Assembly (NCBI RefSeq): GCF_036321535.1
Contig: NC_087437.1
Coordinates: 47,246,001 to 47,310,000, forward strand
Reading direction: 5' to 3'
DNA length: 64,000 nt
DNA from: Camelus dromedarius
Taxonomy: Eukaryota
The first letter of the stretch is position 1. Every line of letters begins with the position of its first letter. The notes below the pieces were generated by a model. It had not been told where the DNA came from. It did no database searches and saw nothing but the letters and a program-made list of their open reading frames with translations. Position numbers and translations under genes: made by a program. Positions 28,001 through 41,769 of the stretch are shown one piece after another.

Positions 28001-29489
28001 CAAGGTTAAGGAGGCTCAGAAATTCTCAGAGCAGTCGAGCTTTCTCATCTTCTGAATCTTCCCCGAGAAAAAGCAAACATAGGCTCTCAAGTGCTACTAC
28101 AAGTGACAAGAATCCTCAGGATCCTGCTATGTTGACAAAATTCTGCAGGCACAACTGGACTTGGTCGGAAAGAGCTCTGGTTACTGTAATTCCTTAATAG
28201 TGACATTTTCCAATCCCTGCATCACGTCAATCACCAAGTTCCTCTAACAGGAGAGCATTCTGATAGCAAACTGTTTCAGTCACCCCAGGGGTGGGGAGGG
28301 AGAAACAAACACAAAACACAAAAGCCTGCCCAGCGATACAGCCCGAAAGGTTGACTTTTCATTTAGTTCTATCTCTGGAGCTCACGATGCTATAAGCTTC
28401 AGCATTAAATTTTAAGCATCTCATGTCGAAGGATCAAGGGGAAGCCGGAGAAGTTTTCACATTCAACGACCGCTGGTCTTGCTGTGGATTTTCAGCAAGA
28501 AAAAGAAGGGCATTGCTTGAGGAGAATGCAACATTAGTCAGAATGTAAAACATCTATTTCTGGAGATTTGTGAAATGATATCATTAACCGATTTTAGTTT
28601 GTGACCCTCAAGAAGGTCAGCTCTCACTAGAATACGATTTGATGTAGTGACAGAAGTTAAATCTTAACTACCAGCAGAGATGGAAAGAGACTGATCTCTT
28701 TGAAATTACTGTCATTACAATGAAACACACTTAATATAGCAAGTTAATAACACAGTATTTCACATTCAATGAAGCTATAATGGGTCTTTTATAGTTAGGC
28801 ATTGTGCCTGATAAATTGTTGACATGATAAATACAGAATAATAACCTGAATGTCTTTTTGCTCTCTTAGGCCTTCAAATGAACCACTTAGTTCTGTGACT
28901 ATAATACATATTTTTGGTTTTCTGGTGGAAGGTCCTTTTCTGTAACTATATAGACTGGTATATGAAGAATTAGTCTTTGAAAGAGAATTGTGATATCAAT
29001 CATTAGAAGAAAGTAATGATATTTTGCATTTCTTCAGTGTTTCAGTTTTTCACTCATTCATTCAGTAAGTATTTCAGGAGCCCTTACTATGTGCTATGCT
29101 AAATATTAGGTGACTGGGGGTCACCAAAACAAACTGATCTCAATTTTCATGGAACAAAAACCTTTCACACAGCCTAGAGAAGACAGAGCAAGGGTTGATA
29201 CCAATTGGCTCTGTCTCATCAAGTACTCTTTTTTTGTTGTTATACTTGGAACAGAGCCTCACTGGAGCCCCCTTATGAAAAGGGCTACATTCTGGAAGGA
29301 CACACAAGGATTCTGTGGGATCCCAAGCACAGTAACAGATACAGTCAGGCTCCTAGGACCTGTAATTGGACCTAGGACAGCCATAAATCTCCACAGGCTT
29401 ATTTTGCTCTTCTTTCACACCAGTTGCCAGCCACCTCTAGGGCTCAGATACTCTCTGTTTCTCTGCTCTCCTCTTATTGGGACATATCA

Positions 29490-29990
29490 ATTATGGAGAG
29501 GCAGTAGAAGGTAGTGGTCAACAAGCAGACTCTGGAGCCCAAAAGCCCAGATTTAAATGCCAGCTCTACTACTTACTAGCTGTGTGACAGTAAAGATATT
29601 AATTAACCTCTCTGTGCCTTAATTTCCTCATCTGTAAAGTGGAAATACTAATAGAACCTACCTCATAAAGTTGTTGAAGGGCTCACTGACATACATCATA
29701 TAAAGCACTTGTTACGGTGCTTCTTAGGCAATAAAAGTTGTGACAATGAATACTGACATAGGATTTAGTAAACTGCCAAGCACTGTGTTAAGAGTTTTCC
29801 TTGTATTAATTTATATAATTCTCACAACAACCCTATGATGAAAGCACTATTATTATCTTCATTTTACAGACAAGAAACTAGAGCGTTAGAGAAGTTAAAT
29901 AAATTGCTGAAGATCACACAGCTGACAAGAATCCACATCTATTTCACTACAAAGCCTGGGGTCTTAATGTCTGTGCAAACATAATAGTTG
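29490..29990. mobile_element. Two adjacent MIRs in opposite orientation
   Basis: ctctactacttactagctgtgtgac...aatttcctcatctgtaaa (29490-29720), then ctcacaacaaccctatg...attttacagacaagaaact (29740-29990). Confidence 0.8.
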
Positions 29991-30517
29991 GCTTTATAGC
30001 CTTTGAATCTATTAAGTTTTTTTTCTCAATCTCAGCATTGCTTGATTGAAGGGCTCCTAACTTCCACTTACCATGATCTTTCTTGGCCCTGATTCTACTT
30101 CAAGACTCTACTCTCTGTTTCTTATTTCAAATCTCAGCTCATCTTTTCATGACAAATCCCCTCAAAGTTTGCTAAACCACCTTATGTCAGTGTCTACCCT
30201 GGTCCAGTTTGCTAAGACTATAGGAAATGAGGTTACTTGGTTTAAAACAGGACCAGATAGAAGTGGCTGTGGGCATGGCAGACAATATGAATGACATTTC
30301 TAATGTACCCATTCTATGGATACAGTAATAGAGGTTTTTAAAAGTCTGGTGACTGATGTTAGTCTGTTAATTGTCACTAGAGGTAAGACTCCAGTCTGGG
30401 ATTTTTGACTCCAAGACCAGTGAACCATCCATTGTTTCTGCTGAAATATTTTTCTGTGTATATGGAGGCCTAATTCTGCCTAGCTTGGATACATCACTTT
30501 ATTCAAAAGTGACTATA

Positions 30518-32490
30518 AAAGAGTGGCCAAGATGGCGGAGTAGAAGGATGCTCCTAGCTCACCCTCTCCCACAGATACACCAAGACTGACATCCACGGAC
30601 CCACCCAGCCAATAAGAGCACCTACTGAACTCTGACAGAACATCGCCTTCTTCAAAAGACAAAATACACCACGAATCTGGTAGGAGAAAAGGAAAAAAGA
30701 AAGAAGAAAAACAAACAGTGCAGGACACATCCCGCAGGGAGGGAGCAGCAAAGGAAGAATAACGCTCGATCGCTGAATCTTCCCCTCTCCAACGGAGAGG
30801 TCAGCGGGACGGAGGGGAAATCTCCGAGGCCAGATCTGTACGGAGCAGCCGTTGACCAACAGAACTAAGTTAAATGGGCACAAAGGGTCCCCGCAACCCC
30901 CAGCCCTAGAGCAAAGCAGCAAGTAGGAGACAGGACAGGCTGCCCAAGCCGAGCAGATGACTGGAGCAGGCTGCACAGAGACAATCCCAGGGGACTGCAG
31001 TGTGCTGTGTGCCATGGCTTGAAGGGTATACAGAGCAGAACAACCTGGGTCCCCCACAAAATACGAAAAAAACAAAAAGAAGCAATATGGCTGGTGTGCC
31101 CTAGGGGGAGGGGTGCCATAGCCTTTGTCTCTGAAAACCTGTGAAACCATTACAGGCACATTCTCAGGAGAAGAGAGGCAGGCTCAGCCACAGCCACCAT
31201 ATTCTCCAGTGCTTAGCACCCAGGTGGGGGTGGGTTCGGGACATGAATCCGTACCTAGGGGCTTAGCAGCCTCATAGACGGGACTGATACTTGTGTACAG
31301 CCCATGGCAGAGAGAATGGCTCTGCCCTGGAGCCTCTGTGAACTCGCACCTCTAAGACAAACGAACAAGGAGCAGAGTCCTGTCACAGAGAAGGGGCGAG
31401 TGCTGTTCTGCCATTTTCCCTGAGCCTGCCTATAGAGCATGAACCTGAGGCAGAGCAGGAGCTGCACAGAGCAGGGAAGGGACCTGCACATTCACTGTGC
31501 ACAAGCCAGTCACTGGACTTTGGCATCGGGAGGAGATGCAACCCACCCGCAGCACCTAACCACCGCGTCAGGAGGGAGCACAACCTGCCCAACCACCTTG
31601 CAGGAGTGCAGCACCTGACCACGAGTAGGGAAGGGGTGAGACCTGCCCATCTACCATGCACAAGCATGGCTGCGACATCAGGAGGGAGCGTGACCCACCT
31701 GGCTAGTGTGCACAAGTGCGGCACCAGACCCGCAGCATCAAAAGGGGTGCAACCTGCCTGTCAACAAGCACTGGGAGCAGCACAGACCAGGGGTGCGAAC
31801 AGAGGGCCTCTGGAACCAGCAAGCTAAGTTCATGCAGCAGGGTGAGGGCAGGAGCAGCGACAACCACAAAACAAAAAGGAGGCCCAATTCAATAACAAGG
31901 GCAGGATCTGACTGTCAGGTCAATGGCCACACCCCTAACCAAAGCGAAGACTTGGCAACCATCCATATTTAAGGACCTCCCAACAAAATTATTAAGAATG
32001 CACAGTCTCCAAAGGAACACATCCACTTTTTTTCTTTCTTTTTTTTTCTTCTCTGTTCTATTTTCTTTTACTTCTTCAAATTTTTACTTTTTAAGCAATT
32101 TTTTGTTTCTATTTTTAATCCCTTTTAAATTTCTCTTTTAAAATATTTTTATTATTATTTTTTAAATTTTCCTCAATTTCATTTTTATTTCTCTTTGTTT
32201 TGTTCTTCTATTATAGATTATACTGTTTTCAAATATTTTTCCCACTTTTAAGGTTTTTAAAATACATCACAACTCACTTTTAATTTGCTTCAATTTCTTC
32301 TTTTGTTATTGATTATGCTGTTTTCAAACCTTTTTCTCTTCTTCTATTAAATTTCTTTTTTTTTTTTTTTAGTTTTATTTCCACATCCACTTCAGACAGA
32401 TAAATAAACTCCTTAAGGAACTCTGTCCTTAAGGAACAGAGTAGATAACTGATACTACACAAGCCATAGTGCCAGAGAGATATAAGCAAA
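30518..32490 (+). promoter_or_regulatory. L1 5'UTR / internal Pol II promoter with YY1 site
   Basis: CAAGATGGCGG at 30528-30538; residual CpG-rich stretch; degenerate tandem repeats ~31525-31790; T-rich tract ~32025-32380. Confidence 0.85.
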
Positions 32491-33419
32491 ATGAAGCCAA
32501 GGAATCACTCCCAAGTAAAAGAACAAGAGAAATCCCCTGAAAGAAAGATCAATGAAATAGACATTGATAGCCTACTAAATCATTATTTCAAAAAAGGAGT
32601 GATCAAAGTACTGAAGGAACTAAAAGAGATTGTGTTTGGAGACACAGAATATGTCAAAAAGAAAATTGAAGCTAATAAGAGGATCCAATTAAAACTGGAC
32701 AACTCATTTACTGAGATGAGAGATGACCTAAAGGCTGTAATAAGTAGGCTAGATAATGCAAAGGAACGAATAAGTGACTTAGAAGACAGGACAACAGAAA
32801 TCACCCAATCAGAACAGCTGAGAGAAAAACAAATAAAAACCAATGAAAACAATGTAAGGGACCTATGGGATAATATAAAGCATGCCAATCTATGCGTAAA
32901 AGAGGTCCCAGAAGGAGAAGAAAGAGCAAAGGGGATTGAAAAGGTATCTGAAGAAATCATGACTAAAAACTCCCTAAACCTAAAGAAGGAATCAGATATC
33001 CAAGTACAGGAAGCTCAGAAGGTCTCAAACAGAAAGAACCCAAAGACCCACACCAAGACATTATAATCAGGATGGCCAGGGTTAACGATAATGAAATGAT
33101 CCTAAAGGCAGCAAGAGAAAAACAAAAGGTGAGTTACAAGGGAACCCCCATAAGGCTTTCAGCTGATTTCTCTACACAAACACTACAGGCCAGAAGGGAG
33201 TGGCAAGATATATTCAAAGTCCTGAATGGAAAAAAGATGCAGCCTAGGATACTTTATCCAGCAAGATTATCCTTTAGAATAGAAGGAGAGATTAAGAACT
33301 TCACAGACAAGCAAAAACTAGAAGAGTTTAGCAACACTAAACCTATGCTAAAAGAAATATTGAAAGGTCTACTCTATGTAGAAAAGAAGCAGGATGCTAC
33401 AGAAAGGAGAAAAATATAA
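32491..33419 (+). pseudogene. L1 ORF1p (RNA-binding chaperone), frameshifted
   Basis: ORFs 32491-33066 (coiled coil, LWDNIKHANL) and 33072-33419 (ILKAAREK, PIRLSADFS, ARREW, YPARLSF) are in different frames. Confidence 0.95.
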
Positions 33420-33796
33420 CTGGAAAGGTGATAACTACCATGGATTACAATAGAATAAATATGAAATTGCAAAAGAAGACATCTAAATTATTAACAGTGG
33501 AAGAGAGGAGCAAGAAAATAGAGGGGTTTTTTTTTCTTCTTCTTTAAATTTTTGTTCTTGGTAGGATAGGTTTGAGCTTATATTACTCTGTTGAATACAA
33601 ATTGTTATAGTAATGGGTTAATATATGTACAAAAATGGTTACCACAAGCCAAAAGCTTACAATAGAGTCACAAAAACTAAAAAAAAAAAAAAAAAAAAAA
33701 AATCCAAGATAATACAAAGGAAAATTATCAAACCACAAAAGAAAAAAGAAAGGAACAAAGAGGAAATACCAACTCAAGTGCAAAATTGAGTTCAAA

Positions 33797-36700
33797 ATAG
33801 CAATAAACAGACATCTATCATTAATTACTGTAAATGTCAATGGACAAAATGCTCCAATCAAAAGACATAGAATGACAGACTGGATAATAAAGCAAGAACC
33901 TTCAATATGCTGCATACAAGAGACCCACTTTAGGGAGAAGGACACACACACATTGAGAGTGAGAGGATGGAAAAAGATAATCCATGCAAATAGAAAGGAT
34001 AAGAAAGCAGGAGTAGCAATACTGATTTCAGACAAAACAGACTTTAAAACAAAGGCCATAAAGAAAGATAAAGAATGACATTTTATAATGATTAAAGGAG
34101 CAATATAAGATGAGGATATTACACTCATTAATATATATGCACCCAATATAGGAGCACCTAAGGACATCAAGCAAATACTAACAGAGATAAAGGGGGAAAT
34201 TGACAGGGATACAATCATTGTCAGAGACTTTAACACCCCATTAACATCACTGGACAGATCTTCTAGACAGAAAATAAGTAAGGTAACAGAGAAATTAAAT
34301 GATACAAACGAACAACTAGACTTGGTTGATATTTTCAGAACATGACACACTCCAAATATAGAATATACATTCTTTTCAAGTGCACATGTAACATTTTCTA
34401 GGATTGATCATGTACTTGGGTAAAAAAGAAGCCTCAACAATTTTAAGAAGATAGAAATTATCTCAAACATCTTTTCTGACCACAATGCCATGAAACTAGA
34501 AATCAACTACAGAAAAACAAAGGAGGAAAAAAATGACAGCATGGAGATTAAACATGTTACTAAAAAAAAAAAAAAAAAAAAAACAATGGGTCAATGATGA
34601 AATCGAAGAAGAAATCAAAACATACTTTGAGACAAAAGACAATGAAAACACAACCACACAAAACCTATGGGATGCAGCAAAGACACTGCTAAGAGGGAAG
34701 GCCTTCCTCAAAAAAAGAAGAACAATCTCAAATAAATAATCTAACTTACCAGCTAAAAAAATTAGAAAAAGAGCAAAAAAAAAAAAAAAACAAAAAAACC
34801 CCCAAAAGTCAGCAGAAGGAAAGAAATAATAATGATCAGGGAGGAAACAAATAAAATAGAGATTAAAAAAAATAGAAAAAAATCTATCAAACCAAGAGCT
34901 GGTATTTTAAAAGGATAAACAAAATCGACAAACCTCTGGCCAAGCTCACAAAGAAGAGAAAAGAGAGAGCACAAATAAGCAAAATAAGAAAGGAAAATGG
35001 AGAAATTACAACCGATTAACACAGAAATACAAAACATCATATGAGAATACTATGAACAACTATACAGACACAAAATGGATAACCTAGAAGAAATGGATAA
35101 GTTCTTGAAAACATACAGTCCACCAAGATTGAATCAAGAAGAAACTGACAACTTGAACAAACAGATCACTAGAAATGAAATAGAATTAGCAATTTAATAA
35201 ACCTCCTACAAATAAAAGTCCAGGACTGGACAGCTTCACTGGGGAATTCTACCAAACATACAAAGAAGAACTCACACTAGTCCTTCTCAAACTCTTCCAG
35301 AAGATTGAAAAGGAGGGAATACTCCCAAACTCATTCTATGAAGCCATCATCACCCTGATAACAAAACCAGGCAAAGACACTACCAAAAAAGAGAAGTACA
35401 GACCAGTATCACTGATAAACATAGATGCAAAAATCCTCAACAAAATATTAGCAAACAGAATCCAACAACACAGAAAAAAGATTATATACCACAATCAAGT
35501 TGGGTTCATCCCAGGGACACAAGGATGGTTCAAAATACACAAATCAATCAATGCAACATATCACATCAACAAGAGAAAGGACAAAAACCACATGATCATC
35601 TCAATAGATGCAGAAAAAGTATTTGATAAAATTCAACACCCAATTATGATAAAAACTCTCACCAAAGTGAGTATAGAGGGAACCTATCTCAACATAATAA
35701 AGCCATATATGACAAACCTACAGCCAGCATAGTACTCAACAGTGAAAAACTCAAAACCTTCCCACTAAAATCTGGGACAAGGTTGTCCTCTCTAACCACT
35801 CCTATTCAACATAGTCTTAGAAGCCCTAGCCACAGCTATCAGGCAAGAGAGAAAAATAAAAGGGATCCAAACTGGAAAAGAAGAGGTAAAATTGTCACCA
35901 TATGCAGATGACATGATACTATATACAGAAAATCCTAAAAGTTCCACACAAAAACTACTAGAACTAATAAAAGAATTCAGCAAGGTAGCAGGTTACAAGG
36001 TTAACGTACAAAAATCAGTTGCATTTCTTTACACTAATGATGAATCAACAGGGAAAGAAAGTAAAGAAACAATCTCTTTTAAAATAGCACCCAAAGTAAT
36101 AAAATATCTGGGAATAAATCTAACCAAGGAGGTGAAAGAATTATACACAGAAAACTATAAACCATTGATGAAGGAAATTCAAGAAGACTTTAAAAAATGG
36201 AAAGATATTCCATGCTCTTGGATTGGAAGAATCAATATTGTTAAAATGGTCACACCGCCCAAGGCAATCTACAGATTTAATGCAATCCCTATCAAATTAC
36301 CCAGGACATATTTCACAGAACTAGAACAAATCATAATAAAATTTATATGGAATCACAAAAGACCCAGAATTGCCAAAGCATTACTGAAGAAAAAGAAAGA
36401 GGCTGGAGGAATAACCCTCCCAGACTTCAGACAATACTACAGAGCTACAGTAATCAAGACAGCATGGTATTGGTACAAAAACAGAAATGCGGACCAACAG
36501 AACAGAACAGAGAGCCCAGAAATGAACCCACAAACTTTTGGTCAATTAATCTTTGACAAAGGAGGCAAGAATATACAATGGAATAAAGGCAGTCTCTTCA
36601 GCAAATGGTGTTGGGAAAACTGGACAGCAGCATGTAAAACAATGAAGCTAGAACACTCCTTTACACCATCCACAAAAATAAACTCAAAATGGATCAAAGA

Positions 36701-37616
36701 CTTAAACATAAGACAAGATACAATAAACCTCCTAGAAGAAAATATAGGCAAAACATTATCTGACATACCTCTCAAAAATGTTCTCCTAGTGCAGTCTACC
36801 CAAGCAACAGAAATAAAAGCAAGAATAAACAAATAGGACCTAATTAAACTTACAAGCTTCTGCACAGCAAAGGAAACCATAAGTAAAACAAAACGATAAC
36901 CTACAAAATGGGAGAAAATTTTTGCAAACGATGAAACCAACAAAGGCTTGATCTCCAGAATATATAAGCAGCTCATATGAATTGATAAGAAATAACCAAA
37001 CAACCCAATCCAAAAATGGGCAGAAGACCTAAACAAGCAGTTCTCCAAGGAAGACATATGAATGATCAATATGCACATGAAAAAATGCTCAATATCACTA
37101 ATTATCAGAGAAATGTAAATCAAAAGTACAATGAGGTATCACCTCATACCAGCCAGAATGGCCATCATCCAGAAGTCCACAAATGATAAATGCTGGGGAG
37201 GCTGTGGAGAAAAGGGAACCCTCCTACACTGCTGGTGGGAATGCAGTTTGGTGCAGCCACTGTGGAAAACAGTATGGAGATTCCTCAAAAGACTAGGAAT
37301 AGACTTACCATATGACCCAGGAATCCTGCTCCTGGGCATATATCCAAAAGGAACCCTACTTCAAAAAGACACCTGTGCCCCAGTTCATAACAGCACTATT
37401 TACAATAGCCAAGACATGGAAACAGCCTAAATGTCCATCGACAGATGATTGGATAAAGAAGTGGTATATTTATACAATGGAATACTATTCAGCCATAAAA
37501 ATGATGACATAATGCCATTTACAGAAACATGGATGGACCTGGAGAATGTCATTCTAAGTGAAGTAAACCAGAAAGAGAAAGAAAAATACCATATATCACT
37601 CATATGTAGAATCTAA
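33797..37616 (+). pseudogene. L1 ORF2p (endonuclease / reverse transcriptase), multiply disrupted
   Basis: Expected start codon reads ATA at 33797; EN motif CCIQETH; YADD at 35901-35912; [18 protein letters not shown] knuckle; many stops and frameshifts, some at poly-A runs. Confidence 0.95.
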
Positions 37617-38889
37617 AAAAAAAAAAAGAAGAAGACAAATGAACATAAATATAAAACAGAAACAGATTCGTAAATATAGAATACAAACTTGTGGTTGTCA
37701 GGAGGGAGAAGGGTGGGAAGGGACAGACTGGGAGTTCAAGATCTGTAGATACTGACAGATATATATAGAATAGATAAACAAGTTTATACTGTATAGCAGA
37801 GGGAAATTTATACAAGATCTTGTGGTAGTTCACTGTGAATAAGAATGTGAAAATGAATATATGTATATTCATGTATGACCGAAAAATTGTGTTCTACACT
37901 GGAAATTGACACAACATTGTAAACTGACTATAACTCAATTTTAAAAAGAAGAAATCAGGTAAAATATAAACAATTAAATTATTTTTAAAAAGTGACTATA
38001 GCCAAAATATGTTCAACAAAAGCATGTAAAAAGAAAAAAATGAGAAATATATCATCTATTTCTGTACCCTGGAGCTTAGTCCACTGTAAAAGTACATCAT
38101 TCACCTAATACAATAAATTCTCTCTAGTAAATATTTGCTCTGTTTCCCTCTTGATTCCTGTATCAAGATTTCCTGCTTATAGGTAATAAGGAGAGAGAAA
38201 CTTTTTATAGCTCTATCAACAAACAATTCTTGCCAGCTCAAACACTGCCAGATGCTATTTGGGGGAGGGTAGAGGAGCCTGGGGACTACTAAGACTCCCA
38301 GAATAATCTGCACAAATTCAAAGTTTAGAAAAGAAAATTGATGGCTTGTGAGTGGGAGTAGGGAACTGGGCCATGTGGGGTACAATCCATTTTCCCACTC
38401 CTCAGTAGAAAGTTTGTTTATACTAACTGACTCTCCACAAAGAGATTGAACTTTAATCTATACACTTTTTCCCAGGTTTGAAATATTCTGAGCTTTATGC
38501 TTTTAACAGTTTTGGATTAATGTCCACAAACAGAGCCTAGCTATTAAAAACTGAGAATGCAGCATCATACTTGAAGTTACCTTGGAACACAAAACTATTC
38601 CTTAGCTATCCTGAGGCCTTGTGTCTTAGTGACACCATGTCCATGATGCTGAAATATTGACTGAGACTTGTCTTCTGCTAGGAAATGTGAGACAAGTGCT
38701 TATACTTAAGAAACTCAAAAGAGACCTGTCTCTTGCTGACAAGTAATAATGATTGCAGTAAACTCAGAAGCTCTCAGTTTAGCCAGCAAATGGTTCTCCA
38801 TGATTTCAAGGGGGAAAATAAGGACTTTATTAATGACTTTCTTAATGGTGGAACACTATTGTTCAAATTACTACAAGGAAAGTGTGATC

Positions 38890-39050
38890 TAATGAAAAAA
38901 GCATGGCCCAGAGAATCTGACAAACCTGAGTTCAAATGTTTCTTCTGACATAGTTTCTTCCTCTGACTTAGTTTCTCTCTCTGAGTTTTAGTTTCTTTAT
39001 CTGTAACACTGGGAATATTAATAACTATCACACTTGTCCTGAAGAATGAA
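38890..39050 (+). mobile_element. MIR
   Basis: gaatctgacaaacctgagttcaaat...tttctttatctgtaa. Confidence 0.65.
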
Positions 39051-41769
39051 TATATTAGAAAGCATAGACAAAGAAAATAAAGGTTATTTCCTTCCTTCCT
39101 TCCCTCGTGAGAAACTCCATATAAAACAAATTTCCACTACAACAGAGCAATTGGGCATCCATGATCATTATATCTGCTCTCAAACTGTAAACTCAGCACA
39201 GAGCTGTAAGAAACTTGTCCTAAGAGAATTTCTACAATAACAATTGTAATCCAACATACTGAAAGGGGGTTACAACTTTCCCTTGAACCTTTCTATATTT
39301 TCAGTAAGGTAAGTAAGAATGTTTGTAAACAACTATCTGCCAGTTGAGAGTGAAAATTTCATCTAGATACTGTTCTCTGCCATCTGGTCATTTTGTACCA
39401 AGCACACCCACCTCTCACTCCTCAGAACAGTTCTGTGAAGGCAGGAGGCTGAAGTCTTTGAAGATCTGATGCTGGCACTCACTAAGAATTTTCATAATTT
39501 GCATCTAGGAAATGCTTAAAGCCATAAACTTTGGTAATTAACTAACTTGGCATTGCTCAAAGTTTTGAGTGCAGAGAATTAATTAAAGGAAGCATTTCAA
39601 GTGTTTGCAAGGGGTAAATTGGGGTGAAATTGTGACAGCCAAATTGAACAGATTGGAATATAGACGCGTCGGAGCAGAATTGTCTGAGAATTATTTCTAA
39701 CCTCTGGAAAGCTGATTAAATTTATCATTTTAGCATTTTCTCCTGCCTTTAATTTGGTGATGACACCCAGAGTAGCTATGTAACTCTGCAGAGAAGGACT
39801 CTTTCCCATAAGCACAGATATGAAAGTCACAGTAGAACTACAGCATAGCTTCCTCTGAATTCGATGTGTCTTTGAGAGCCCATGACTCTTGGACAGCCCT
39901 GGGACATGTGTTTTAAGAAGTACCCAGGTACATATTAGCTGTTAAACTCTTAAATGCCAGTCAATCAACAAATGTGCATCAAAGACCTAGAATTGCTGGG
40001 CATAGGGGACTGGGCACAAAGAAAAGATTAGACTCATTATGAAAAAATAAGTAGAAAGACAAAATCTGTACTACACTGGTAATGAGAGATACATCTATAA
40101 AATACTTTTAGAGCTCAGGGGTGGGAACTCTTATTCATTACTGAGGAAGCCACTTGGAAAAGAGATCAAATAAGAATTTAATCCACTCACTTTGCCATTA
40201 AGATCCCATGGTCTTTTTAATCAGTGACCTTGACCTAAAAAAAGAAATGGTTTGGGAAATAGGACATGGAGATATAGGAATCTTGAGAAGGAAAGGAAGA
40301 GGGGATGGAGTTTTAGTATTGTTTTTTAACCAAAAAAGATCATAAGTAGGTGATTATGTTATAATCTCATGGCATAATTTCAATATGTGGCAGCCATCTA
40401 CAAAAGACCAACTTCTCAGCCAACTCAGCTTCTAAACACTTTCTACTGAAGGGGGCAACAGAATGGCCCACTGGCCATTCCAATCTGAAGGGTAAATCCA
40501 ACAACACGTTATTCCTGTGCCTGGTACATGAGGGAGTTTCCTCACAAACTTTGCCCCCATCACCTACTGTCTACTCCAATTTAGGCTTCAGGAGTCACTG
40601 TGGAGACTCTCCTTGTTGCTGAGCACATACTGCACAGAAGGACCCAGATAGATCTTACAGTCAGGTTTTCTAGTAAGAATCCTGACTTTACACTGCTCTT
40701 CATACAGTGGGAGTTTATGGGTCTCCTGCTTGGCAGAGTCTAAATGAGAGAGGGAGCAGTCCTAAAGAGATTAGTAGTCAGTGGTTCCCCAGTGTAACGT
40801 CCTCATCAACTCCAGCAGACAAATTAATTTCCTGCCTCATGTAATGCTCATGTTCTTTTAAAAATCTGGCTGCACCCACCATGGCACTGTTGTCTCAATG
40901 GATTTAGTTGTTATTTTAGGGAGGAATAGACCCATCTGCCCCAGGATAGAAAAGCAAGCCCTGGCTAGTTTTGCATGACTGGTTTGGACAACTCACGTGA
41001 TAAATAATTTATGCTTTTTTGCCTACCAGGAGCATGAAGGCCATTCACTTATCCCCCAACCATTGGGCCAACAAATATTTATTCATTGTCTACTATGCTT
41101 CAGGCATGCTACTCTGCAAGAGTGAGGTTTCTTCTATGTCCCAGGAAAGCCAAAGCCAGGGGATACAAATAATTAATTTAGAAACAAATAGTCAAAATAA
41201 CAACAACAATAATAAATTCTTTAAAATCAAAAGCATTTACAAGGTACTATTAAACAGATTATCTGTTCTAGAGCAACTGGAGACATGGTGATGCTAACTG
41301 AGGGTATTATGGGGAAGAGGGGAAGAGGAATGTTCTTTTGGAAAGTATTACAAAATTAAACTACACATGTGTTTTATTAGAGGAAACAACCAGTCCCTGA
41401 GACTGGACAACTCAGGCCAAGTCTCGGTCACATAAAATGATGTGCCAAGGAGTTTCACCATAAAGCTAACCAGTCAGTTGTCACCTCTATTGAGCTTGTA
41501 CTGTGTGTTCAGTGCTTTGCAGATGTTACTTCTCTTAGCCCTCACAACAGTCACTGGAAGTACAAATCAGAGTTAACAGCTCTCTTTTGGTCCCCTATAC
41601 AAGCATATTAACTGGTAGAAGCAAATTTAAAGTCAACTTAAGCCCGAAATACATAAGCTAACTCATATTGTAAACGGTCACTGCTTGCCAAAAACCTACA
41701 GTCTACATGGGAAGATGGGTTCTACATATTTAGAAAGCTAAAAATACAGGACAGCTATGCTAGGGTGGT

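Larger units (their letters stand above)
30518..37987 (+). mobile_element. Full-length LINE-1 (~7.47 kb), inactivated
   Basis: Perfect 13-bp TSD AAAAGTGACTATA (30505-30517 and 37988-38000); CpG-rich 5'UTR, ORF1, ORF2 (EN, RT, CCHC) and 3'UTR in order. Confidence 0.98.

Noticed and set aside
32491..37616. Active, retrotransposition-competent L1
   Set aside because: ORF1 is frameshifted; ORF2 lacks its ATG and has many stops and frameshifts.
32583..37872. Long hydrophobic minus-strand ORFs (e.g. 33583-34350, 36542-37123)
   Set aside because: These are antisense shadows of A-rich L1 coding sequence.
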